This document shows, one piece after another, positions 1-7,082 of a stretch of DNA of 11,894 nt (positions within the stretch are counted from its first letter, which is position 1; each line of letters starts with the position of its first letter). This stretch comes from Candidatus Micrarchaeaceae archaeon (GTDB taxonomy: Archaea; Micrarchaeota; Micrarchaeia; Micrarchaeales; Micrarchaeaceae): positions 1-11,894 of the forward strand of contig JBEKES010000027.1 of the NCBI GenBank assembly GCA_050013715.1, in the 5' to 3' direction. The translations under genes and the position numbers were made by a program. Under the pieces are notes generated by a model. The model had not been told where the DNA came from, ran no database searches, and saw nothing but the letters and a program-made list of their open reading frames with translations.

Positions 1-237
1 TTCAGTAAAAACGGTTCTTTACGTGGTTTAACTTATGACTCAAGCAACGGATATCTATACATTTTGTGGGGATATACATTCAATTCTACAAATGAAATAA
101 TGGTAATGAATGCAACCACATATAATATATTATACAATAGAACATCGGAAAATATAACCTCTATTGTATATGATCCAAAGAACAACAAAATATATGCTGC
201 AAGTTCAAATGGGCAACTTTCCATTATAAATAGTTAA
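1..237 (+). CDS. C-terminal fragment of a secreted YVTN/YncE-like beta-propeller surface protein (5' end outside window)
   Basis: Frame +1 is open from base 1 to TAA 235-237: FSKNGSLRGLTYDSSNGYLYILWGYTFNSTNEIMVMNATTYNILYNRTSENITSIVYDPKNNKIYAASSNGQLSIINS. It has two blade-like repeats (GLTYDSSNGYLYI, SIVYDPKNNKIYA) and five N-x-S/T sequons. Not in the ORF track. Confidence 0.8.
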   Translation, partial: FSKNGSLRGLTYDSSNGYLYILWGYTFNSTNEIMVMNATTYNILYNRTSENITSIVYDPKNNKIYAASSNGQLSIINS

Positions 238-246
238 GGTAAGTTT

Positions 247-1677
247 TTGCGAATATACAATACTCTTACTCATAAAAAGCAGGAATTCGAGAGCATAATG
301 GAAAAATATGTTGGGATGTACACCTGCGGCCCCACTGTATATAATTTCGCCCACATAGGCAATATGCGTGCATACATAGTTGCTGATCTTCTGAAGAGGG
401 TTCTAATCTACAATGGCTATGAAGTAAACCATGCTATGAACATAACCGATGTGGGCCATCTTGTGAGTGATGCAAATCTCGGAGAGGACAAAATGAGAAT
501 AGGTGCAGAGCGCGAGCACAAAACCGTTTATGAAATTGCAGAATTCTACACAGAAAAGTTTATGGAAGACTTCAAAAGATTGAATCTTATAATGCCCAAC
601 ATAATAGCAAAGGCAACTGCTCATGTAAACGAGATGCTTGAACTGATATACAGGCTTGATGAAAAGGGCTACCTGTACAAAGTAGAAACTGGCATGTATT
701 ATGATACGTCGAAATTCAAGAACTACGGTCAACTCATGAATCTTAGCTTTGAAGAGCTAAACAATTATCTTGTTGCAGGCGCAAGGGTGGAAAGGGCGTC
801 AGGAATAAAAAATACCACTGACTTTGCGGTTTGGAGATTCTCAAAGCCAGATGTCAAGGACATGGTATGGGATACAAAATACGGAAAAGGCTTTCCCGGC
901 TGGCATATAGAGTGCAGCGCCATGAGCATGGAATATCTTGGAGAGCATTTTGATATCCATACTGGGGGAGTGGACCATCTTCCAATACATCACACCAATG
1001 AAATAGCTCAATCCGAAAGCGCGACCAAAAAGAAATTCGTGAACTTCTGGGTGCACAACGAATATTTGCTGATAAATGGCAAGAAGATATCAAAATCATT
1101 GCATAATTTCTACACTCTTCAGGACTTGATAGACAAGGGATACTCTGCAAACAGCTACAAGTATCTAATACTCAGCTCCCACTACAAAAGCCAGGCAAAC
1201 TTCACAATGGAGGCACTGGAAAATGCAAGCAATACGTTGAACGGAATATATTCATTTATAAAAAAGGTCTCAGATTCAAAAGGGGCCAAAAATAACATTT
1301 TACTTATGGAAAAAGTGAATAAGATCAAAAAAGAGTTCTTTGAATTTATCAACGATGACCTTGATACTCCTCAAGCTCTTTCGAAGATGCATACGCTAAT
1401 TACTGAAACAAACAAGTTTCCCGAGCTTGGAAAAGCAGATGCAAATGCAATATTGGCTTCACTTATGGAATTCGACAAAATACTAGGACTGAATTTCGAG
1501 GAGCACATGAAAAAGCAGGAAATCTCAAACGAGATAAGGGAATTGATAGAAAAAAGAAACAAGCTAAGAAATGAGAAGAAGTTTGCAGAATCTGATAAAA
1601 TCAGGAAAAAGCTAAAAGAAGATTACAACGTGGAAATAGAAGATAATGCCCAAGGAACAAGCTGGCACAGGCTTTAG
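247..1677 (+). CDS. cysS: Cysteine--tRNA ligase (class I)
   Basis: Motifs [38 protein letters not shown] and KISKS (KMSKS variant), plus a C-terminal anticodon-binding helical domain. TTG start preceded by AGGTAA at 4 nt spacing. Confidence 0.98.
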   Translation: MRIYNTLTHKKQEFESIMEKYVGMYTCGPTVYNFAHIGNMRAYIVADLLKRVLIYNGYEVNHAMNITDVGHLVSDANLGEDKMRIGAEREHKTVYEIAEFYTEKFMEDFKRLNLIMPNIIAKATAHVNEMLELIYRLDEKGYLYKVETGMYYDTSKFKNYGQLMNLSFEELNNYLVAGARVERASGIKNTTDFAVWRFSKPDVKDMVWDTKYGKGFPGWHIECSAMSMEYLGEHFDIHTGGVDHLPIHHTNEIAQSESATKKKFVNFWVHNEYLLINGKKISKSLHNFYTLQDLIDKGYSANSYKYLILSSHYKSQANFTMEALENASNTLNGIYSFIKKVSDSKGAKNNILLMEKVNKIKKEFFEFINDDLDTPQALSKMHTLITETNKFPELGKADANAILASLMEFDKILGLNFEEHMKKQEISNEIRELIEKRNKLRNEKKFAESDKIRKKLKEDYNVEIEDNAQGTSWHRL

Positions 1678-2180
1678 TCTTTTTTGTCCTTGTTTTCATC
1701 TAGGAATTTCTTGGCCATTTCGGTTCTGCGGTTCAATTGCTCACTTATTTTTGCAATGTCCTCCGGTTTCATTACACGCTCAAGGACATATTTCGAGTAA
1801 TCGAGCGATATCTGGGAAAGGTCCATTAAAATTGACTGCAACTCAAAGGTCTTGAATGTGATGTCATGCTGCGGCTGGAGGATTTCTATTCCTGCAGGTG
1901 AATAATTGAAAGCTACATTTATTAGTGGCATGAACTTGTCGAATAATACAGTTACCATGGCGCTTGTTATGAATATGCCGTCCTTTTCGAGTGGCTCTTC
2001 TATTGCTCCGTAGCAATATACGACGCCCTTTTCCTTCATGAGCTGCTCGTTAATCAAATCAACCATTAGCGGCTGCAGCTTTTCCTTCTCGGTGTGCTGC
2101 ATGTCAAAATATAATTTTACAAGAAAGCCTCCCTTGGATACCTTTTCTTCCGTTACCTTTTCTACTTCTGATTTCGCCAT
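1674..2180 (-). CDS. Conserved-looking archaeal hypothetical protein, 168 aa
   Basis: ATG follows the hisS TGA directly (AGGCGA-ATGA-ATG). Alternating beta/alpha pattern, YSPAGIEILQP motif and C-terminal coiled helix. Overlaps the cysS stop convergently by 4 nt. Confidence 0.85.
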   Translation of the reverse strand: MAKSEVEKVTEEKVSKGGFLVKLYFDMQHTEKEKLQPLMVDLINEQLMKEKGVVYCYGAIEEPLEKDGIFITSAMVTVLFDKFMPLINVAFNYSPAGIEILQPQHDITFKTFELQSILMDLSQISLDYSKYVLERVMKPEDIAKISEQLNRRTEMAKKFLDENKDKKD

Positions 2181-3452
2181 TCATTCGCCTTTTATGGTTT
2201 TTATTGCCTGGTCGATGTGCAAGCTGCTCTCAGTTCCGCTTATGAGGTTTCTTAGCTTTACGTTGCCTAGCTTTTCCTCAACATCGCCAATAATTATTAC
2301 ATATTTGGTTTTAATAGCATTTGCATAGGCAAACTGGTTTGATAGGTTTCTAAGTGCAAGGTTTATCTCTGTTGGTATGCCGTTTGCGCGAAGCACATTC
2401 GCGACCTTGAGCGCATAGGGATAATTGTTCTCGTTTACGTTCGCAACGAAAACGTTTGCATAGGTATATTCAATAGAACTGGAGAAGTTGAGCATTTCAA
2501 GAATTCTGTCTATTCCAAAGGCAAGCCCAACAGCAGGAAGCTGCTTTCCTCCATAGAGTGCGATAAGCTTGTCATATCTGCCGCCTCCACATACGGATGC
2601 GCTCGTGTCTTCTTTGTTCTTGTATTCGAAAACTATTCCAGTATAATAATCGAGCCCTCTCATTATGCTGAAATCGATTTGAACATCTCCTCTTATCTTG
2701 TAATCCTCAATGAAAGAAAGGGTCTCGCGCAATTCCTTTGTTGATTCCTTGTTTCCCAGAAGACTGTCAACATAGGATAGCTTTTCCTCGTTTATGCCCT
2801 TAAGCGTTATAAATGCCATTATCTGGTCTATGGAAGAATTATCGAGCTCCAATCCCCTAAGCAGTTCAACTACTTTCTCTTCTCCTATCTTCTCCAGCTT
2901 GTCGAGCGCGCGTGCGACTCCCATGAATTTTTCATCTTTTACGCCGAATTTTAAAAGAACTTTTTCTAATAATTCCCTGTTGTTTATTTGGACTACATAT
3001 TCAATTCCAATGCTGTCAAGTGTCATTCCGCCAACTCCTATTATTTCTGCGTCAGCCATGGCAGGATTGCCTCCTATTATGTCAACATCAGCCTGCGTCA
3101 ATTCACGGTACCTAAGGTGCTGCGGCTCCTCTCTTCGCCATACCTTCCCTATGTAATATCTTTTGAAAGGAAGTGGAAGTTCCTGATGCATGGATATGTA
3201 GCGCGCAAGCGACACTGTATTATCATATCTAAGACCCAGATTGTCATTCTTCAATTCATAGATAAGCTTTGTGTCCTCTCCTATTGCGTTCTTTGCGTTA
3301 AGCACTTGAAGTGACTCGAAGCTAGGTGTATCAATTGTAAGGAACCCGAAAAGCTGGAAGAGATTCTCTATTCTATTAAGGAGCTCGTTTCTGAACAATG
3401 CCTCATTGGGCATAAGGTCTCTAACACCCCTAGGGAAAGGAATTTCAGCCAT
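2181..3452 (-). CDS. hisS: Histidine--tRNA ligase (class II)
   Basis: Motifs PRGVRD, LRYDNTV, WRREEPQ..RYRELTQADVD, RGLDYYTG and GGGRYD, plus an anticodon-binding domain. Start moved to ATG 3452 (MAEIPFPRG, preceded by AGTGA at 4 nt) because the longer ORF overlaps trxA. Confidence 0.98.
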   Translation of the reverse strand: MAEIPFPRGVRDLMPNEALFRNELLNRIENLFQLFGFLTIDTPSFESLQVLNAKNAIGEDTKLIYELKNDNLGLRYDNTVSLARYISMHQELPLPFKRYYIGKVWRREEPQHLRYRELTQADVDIIGGNPAMADAEIIGVGGMTLDSIGIEYVVQINNRELLEKVLLKFGVKDEKFMGVARALDKLEKIGEEKVVELLRGLELDNSSIDQIMAFITLKGINEEKLSYVDSLLGNKESTKELRETLSFIEDYKIRGDVQIDFSIMRGLDYYTGIVFEYKNKEDTSASVCGGGRYDKLIALYGGKQLPAVGLAFGIDRILEMLNFSSSIEYTYANVFVANVNENNYPYALKVANVLRANGIPTEINLALRNLSNQFAYANAIKTKYVIIIGDVEEKLGNVKLRNLISGTESSLHIDQAIKTIKGE

Positions 3453-3472
3453 TTCTTCACTAATATAAAAAG

Positions 3473-3793
3473 TTACATGTTTTGAGTTATCCATTTTTTG
3501 AGGGTTTCCTTTGGAACTGCACCAACATTCATTGCCTTCAATTGACCTTTCTCTATCAGCAACGTAGTTGGTATGCTGGACACGCTGAATTTTGATACAG
3601 TGCTCTCGCACTCGTCCGCATTTATCTTTACGAATTTTACCTTGCCTTCATAATCCTTTGACACTTCATCAACGATGGGTCCATATAACCTGCAGGGGCC
3701 GCACCAGGGCGCCCATATGTCTACAACTACGGGAATCTTAGACTGAACGACTTCGCTATCGAAAGTGCTGTCATTAACATCAATTACGCTCAT
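3473..3793 (-). CDS. trxA: Thioredoxin
   Basis: WAPWCGPC active site, SIPT cis-Pro loop, 106 aa, AGGTGT-AAAT-ATG start context. Confidence 0.97.
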   Translation of the reverse strand: MSVIDVNDSTFDSEVVQSKIPVVVDIWAPWCGPCRLYGPIVDEVSKDYEGKVKFVKINADECESTVSKFSVSSIPTTLLIEKGQLKAMNVGAVPKETLKKWITQNM

Positions 3794-3826
3794 ATTTACA
3801 CCTATTATTAATTAGTCTTGAATAAC

Positions 3827-3834
3827 TATAAATA
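3827..3834. promoter_or_regulatory. Putative TATA box in the divergent trxA/hydrolase intergenic region
   Basis: TATAAATA (reads TATTTATA on -), about 35 nt upstream of the trxA ATG. The region is AT-rich, so specificity is limited. Confidence 0.4.
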
Positions 3835-3879
3835 GATAATACTATATTTCTTATAATCTAATCAAGTCAGTGTTTTAAT

Positions 3880-4440
3880 ATGATTTCAAAGAAGAGGGTT
3901 TTTGTAGTACATTGTTGGGGCGGCAAACCAAACACACGTTGGTATCCCTGGTTAAAAACCGAGCTAGAAAGTAAAAATTTTAATACGTATGTACCTGCAA
4001 TGCCAAATACACAACATCCTAGAATGAATGCATGGATAAACCATCTAAAGAAAGTTGTCGGTACTCCAGACAAAAACTGCTATTTTGTAGGGCATAGTGT
4101 TGGCTGCATAACAATTTTAAGATATTTAGAAACGATAAATGTAAAGGTTGGTGGAGTAGTTATGGTTGCTGGATTTGCTACTGGTTTGGGTTACGAAGAT
4201 TTAGAAAGTTTCTTTGAAAAACCAATAAATTGGAAGAAGATAAAATTGAATTGCAAAAAGTTTGTTGCAATACATTCAGATAACGATCCGTATGTTTCTT
4301 TGCATTATGGTACCGACATATTTAAGGATAAATTGAATGCTAATCTGATAATTGAGCACAACAAAGGCCATTTCAGTACAGATAAAAATGTAACAAAATT
4401 GCCTAGCGCATTGCAAGCGGTTTTGAAACTATCCAAATAA
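3880..4440 (+). CDS. RBBP9/YdeN-family alpha/beta (serine) hydrolase
   Basis: VHCWGG..WYPWL N-terminus, GHSVG nucleophile elbow, SDNDPYV acid motif, GHF catalytic His; 186 aa. Confidence 0.92.
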   Translation: MISKKRVFVVHCWGGKPNTRWYPWLKTELESKNFNTYVPAMPNTQHPRMNAWINHLKKVVGTPDKNCYFVGHSVGCITILRYLETINVKVGGVVMVAGFATGLGYEDLESFFEKPINWKKIKLNCKKFVAIHSDNDPYVSLHYGTDIFKDKLNANLIIEHNKGHFSTDKNVTKLPSALQAVLKLSK

Positions 4441-4525
4441 ATTTACATCTAATTATTATGAATGAATAATAATGCTTTCGCTATTGCTAGTTTTGTAGAA
4501 ATCTTTAATCAAATAACAGCAAATG

Positions 4526-4714
4526 CTATGCTTTCTTAAGGCTTTTCTTGACCCACTTCCTTATTTTTGCAGTTTCAGATTTCTTGTGCCCGTGATCCTC
4601 AATTGCATGGCGTACTGCCACTTTAAGAACTTCCTTCTCTGTGCCTGCTATTGTCAACGAGCAGTTCTTCTCGCTTGGATAGTCCCTGCAATCTGATACA
4701 ACCCTTTTTTCCAT
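4526..4714 (-). CDS. DUF1059-family small metal-binding protein
   Basis: DCRDYPSEKNC....G.E.EV...A..HA...HGH pattern (2 Cys + 2 His ligands); 62 aa. Confidence 0.85.
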   Translation of the reverse strand: MEKRVVSDCRDYPSEKNCSLTIAGTEKEVLKVAVRHAIEDHGHKKSETAKIRKWVKKSLKKA

Positions 4715-4775
4715 AATCCCACTAATACTTTATACAACAGCAAGCTATTTATTGTTTTAAATAAGACTAATAAGA

Positions 4776-4830
4776 ATGATGATCTTACAGTGCTGAGCTT
4801 TATTGCTATGAGGATGATCTTGAGTGCTGA
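4776..4830 (+). ncRNA. Box C/D methylation-guide sRNA
   Basis: C box ATGATGA 4776-4782, guide TCTTACAGTG, D' CTGA 4793-4796, GC-TTTATT-GC mini-stem, C' ATGAGGA 4808-4814, 12-nt guide TGATCTTGAGTG, D CTGA 4827-4830. The element is 55 nt, intergenic, and has the canonical archaeal box order and size. Confidence 0.85.
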
Positions 4831-4842
4831 ATAGGTGCGAAT

Positions 4843-5064
4843 ATGCACAACAAAATATCAAAGGCTTCCATAAAGAAGCTCATAAAGAACAGTTCAAATC
4901 CGAACATAATAATAAGCGACAAGGCAGCAGATGCGATCGCTGCACTGCTTGAAAAGAAGGCGCAACGGATTGCGAAATATGCAGTTAACAGGGCAAAGAG
5001 CAAGAAAAGGGCAACGATTACTGAAGACGACATAGACACATACAGATTGAAATTTGGTGATTGA
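4843..5064 (+). CDS. Archaeal histone-fold protein (divergent HMf-like singlet)
   Basis: Aligns by eye to HMfB across three helices, with ISDKA loop 1 and R-x-T-I-x-x-x-D loop 2 motif. Basic, 73 aa, AGGTGC-GAAT-ATG start context. Confidence 0.9.
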   Translation: MHNKISKASIKKLIKNSSNPNIIISDKAADAIAALLEKKAQRIAKYAVNRAKSKKRATITEDDIDTYRLKFGD

Positions 5065-5613
5065 ATAAACGAGGCTTTCCTCTCAGTTAGCGAGAAGGGA
5101 AAAGTAAGGCTTGAATACCAGAGCAACGGAATGGATATTATAAAAATACTTGAACCTAGGGAAACAGAGCTTCTTGAAATGGTTTTTGACATGAACGGTT
5201 TTGTCCTGCTCCAAAAACTAACCAAAATTCAAAACAAAGAGGACATAGACCTTAAGATAAAGGAAACGCTCCACAAGGAAAAGATATCCAAAATATCTAA
5301 AAAGGAATATTCCGAAGTAAAGATAACCAAGAATTGCCCTAATTGCAACGAATCTGCATTGGAATTATATGTGGAAGCATTTGCAAGCAATGGCAAGGTA
5401 CCCGTAGTGCCTACCTACCATTGCAAAAACTGCAAAGGCAAGAGCTATTATCTTACTGATTCATATTTGGAATATCTTGTAAACGAGAACAAGGGCCTTT
5501 TTTCCGATGCTGAGCTCATCGAGCTCGAAAAGGACAGGAATGCGTTCATGAACGAAATAAAGGCTTATATAATAAGAATCTTTGCTTCCAAGAAGATATT
5601 GAATATAAAATAG
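5065..5613 (+). CDS. Hypothetical Zn-ribbon protein (CPNC-x25-CKNC); probable ATA start at 5065, first ATG at 5131
   Basis: Frame is open from directly after the histone stop. GGTGA 5056-5060 lies 4 nt before ATA 5065. Two CxxC pairs. The start position is inferred. Confidence 0.8.
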   Translation: MNEAFLSVSEKGKVRLEYQSNGMDIIKILEPRETELLEMVFDMNGFVLLQKLTKIQNKEDIDLKIKETLHKEKISKISKKEYSEVKITKNCPNCNESALELYVEAFASNGKVPVVPTYHCKNCKGKSYYLTDSYLEYLVNENKGLFSDAELIELEKDRNAFMNEIKAYIIRIFASKKILNIK

Positions 5614-5624
5614 AAGTGATCAAG

Positions 5625-5879
5625 ATGACCGATATGTTATTATCAGAACTATATGGGAGAGAAATAATAAGCAACACCGGTAGAAGAATTGGAACCGTAG
5701 AGGACATAATAGTGGACTTTGAGAAAGGGTGCATTTCCAGCATGTTGCTTGTGAAATCAGAGGAATTGATAAGAAGCGATCATACTTCCCTTGAATTTGC
5801 AAAGAACAGCGTTCGCTACGAAAGGGTAAAGAGCGTAGATGAAACAGTAATAGTCAGCGGAGACACTGCAGTAAAATAA
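5625..5879 (+). CDS. PRC-barrel domain protein (CdpB-like)
   Basis: LSELYGREIISNTGRRIGTVEDIIVDFEKGCI and V.Y..V..V.E.VIV PRC-barrel patterns. ATG 5625 preferred because the GTG at 5616 is part of the GTGAT SD. Confidence 0.92.
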   Translation: MTDMLLSELYGREIISNTGRRIGTVEDIIVDFEKGCISSMLLVKSEELIRSDHTSLEFAKNSVRYERVKSVDETVIVSGDTAVK

Positions 5880-5900
5880 TTATTGCCCCATAAGTAATAT

Positions 5901-6104
5901 TTAATCAGAATCAGCTGCGGCGCTGCTGCCTTTTGTCGAAACAAAGAACAATCCTATGAAGCTCAGTGCAATCAATACAGTTGCAAAGATCCCTATTGCT
6001 GCATACAATGTTGCTACCTTGAAAAGCATCAATCCCACAAAAGATATCGGAGCCAGTGCTATGATTGCCAGTGAAAGAACAATTACCATTGCCTTTGATG
6101 TCAT
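5901..6104 (-). CDS. Small two-helix membrane protein, unknown function
   Basis: Two hydrophobic segments of about 20 aa; AAGTGA-TCTC-ATG start context; fills the gap between neighbours. Confidence 0.7.
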   Translation of the reverse strand: MTSKAMVIVLSLAIIALAPISFVGLMLFKVATLYAAIGIFATVLIALSFIGLFFVSTKGSSAAADSD

Positions 6105-6230
6105 GAGATCACTTTTTATTTATAGGGATTTGTAGAAGATAAATTTAACTCTTTCTATATTAAAATGCAGCAGATTGCCCAAGCAAAAGAAATAAGTATT
6201 ATAATGAGCTCATTTTGTATCGGTCATAAA

Positions 6231-6929
6231 ATGAGGGCGACAAAGGCAAATGCAATAATAGTGGCAGCAGGAGAAGGCGAAAGAATGGGCATGGACAAAA
6301 TATCGCTGGAAATTGTAGGCAAGCCAGTAATTATCCACACCATGGAGCAGTTTCAATCATCAAGCCTGGTAAGTGAAATGGTCATTGTCCTGTCAAGTAA
6401 AAACCTTTCAAATAATCGATTAATGCGCCAAATCAGAAGCTACGGCGAAAAGGTATCTGTATGTGAAGGAGGGCCCACAAGGCAGGAATCCGTAATGCAA
6501 GGCCTTCAAATAATTGGGGATAGTGATTTGATGATAGTGCATGATGGTGCAAGGCCCTGCGTTACAAAAGAAATCATAGAAAAAGGCATTGATCTAATGA
6601 ATTGTGATTGTCTCACAACTGCTGGTGTCATTTCCGGCATTCAGTCAACAGATACCATAAAGGAAGTGAATGAAAGGGGAACTGTGATTGCAACGCTCGA
6701 TAGGAAAAAGCTTTGGGAGATACAGACTCCGGGAGTTTTTGTTAGTGAAGTTCTCAGACGCGCCTATGCCCATGCGGAAGATGAAGTGACTGATGATGCG
6801 ACTCTTGTGGAGAATCTGGGATGTATCGTGAAAGTGTATCCTGGCTCGCGCTATAATATAAAACTTACAACTCCAGAAGATATTACCATAGCGACATACA
6901 TAATACTAAGGAGAACTTCCCTGGCGTAA
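6231..6929 (+). CDS. ispD: IspD/TarI-family sugar-alcohol-phosphate cytidylyltransferase
   Basis: Motifs IIVAAGEGERMG..K, GGPTRQESV, VHDGARP, DTIK, QTP, TDDA and NIKLTTPED. ATG 6231 (GGTCA-TAAA-ATG) fits the family N-terminus better than 6165. Substrate not determinable from sequence. Confidence 0.9.
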   Translation: MRATKANAIIVAAGEGERMGMDKISLEIVGKPVIIHTMEQFQSSSLVSEMVIVLSSKNLSNNRLMRQIRSYGEKVSVCEGGPTRQESVMQGLQIIGDSDLMIVHDGARPCVTKEIIEKGIDLMNCDCLTTAGVISGIQSTDTIKEVNERGTVIATLDRKKLWEIQTPGVFVSEVLRRAYAHAEDEVTDDATLVENLGCIVKVYPGSRYNIKLTTPEDITIATYIILRRTSLA

Positions 6930-6941
6930 AATTAATGAGAA

Positions 6942-7073
6942 TTAGTCTGTGGAGACTTCCCTTGCAAGGTTTGGCCTGCTTTTCAATAGTATTCTTGAAC
7001 CGCAGTAGCTGCACCTTACGTTGCTTTCTAGTCCTTTCTGCTTCTTGCCGCATTTTATGCAAATATATGCCAT
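6942..7073 (-). CDS. rpoP: DNA-directed RNA polymerase subunit Rpo12 (P)
   Basis: Own translation: MAYICIKCGKKQKGLESNVRCSYCGSRILLKSRPNLAREVSTD (43 aa), with CxxC-x12-CxxCGSRIL.K.R signature. Expected position downstream of rpl37ae. Absent from the ORF track, probably because of its small size. Confidence 0.96.
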   Translation of the reverse strand: MAYICIKCGKKQKGLESNVRCSYCGSRILLKSRPNLAREVSTD

Positions 7074-7082
7074 AGTATCATC

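Noticed and set aside
33..224. 63-aa hydrophobic minus-strand ORF
   Set aside because: Antisense shadow of the beta-propeller CDS in frame +1.
1081..1098. KISKS in place of KMSKS in CysS as a sign of inactivation
   Set aside because: Conservative variant that keeps the catalytic second Lys. All Zn-ligand and HIGH motifs are intact.
3453..3611. 53-aa N-terminal extension of HisS in the ORF track
   Set aside because: Overlaps trxA in another frame. Family similarity and an SD both point to ATG 3452.
4452..4470. ATTATT-N7-AATAAT hairpin between the hydrolase and DUF1059
   Set aside because: Short and A/T-only, so expected by chance in this composition.
4779..4830. Tandem 17-18 nt repeat as a mini-CRISPR or operator pair
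   Set aside because: Only two imperfect, short units and no cas genes. The box C/D architecture explains it better.
4843..5613. Stop-codon recoding that would fuse histone to the Zn-ribbon protein (and rpl37ae to its neighbour)
   Set aside because: The two junctions use different stops (TGA, TAA), both of which end conserved genes at expected lengths elsewhere in the window. SDs sit at initiation spacing before each ATA. Low-level read-through cannot be excluded.
6165..6230. 22-aa N-terminal extension of IspD
   Set aside because: Lies over an AT-rich promoter-like region. The family N-terminus and an SD-like motif fit ATG 6231.
6231..6929. Evidence for an archaeal MEP pathway
   Set aside because: A single IspD/TarI-family gene is not diagnostic, and no other MEP genes are in the window.
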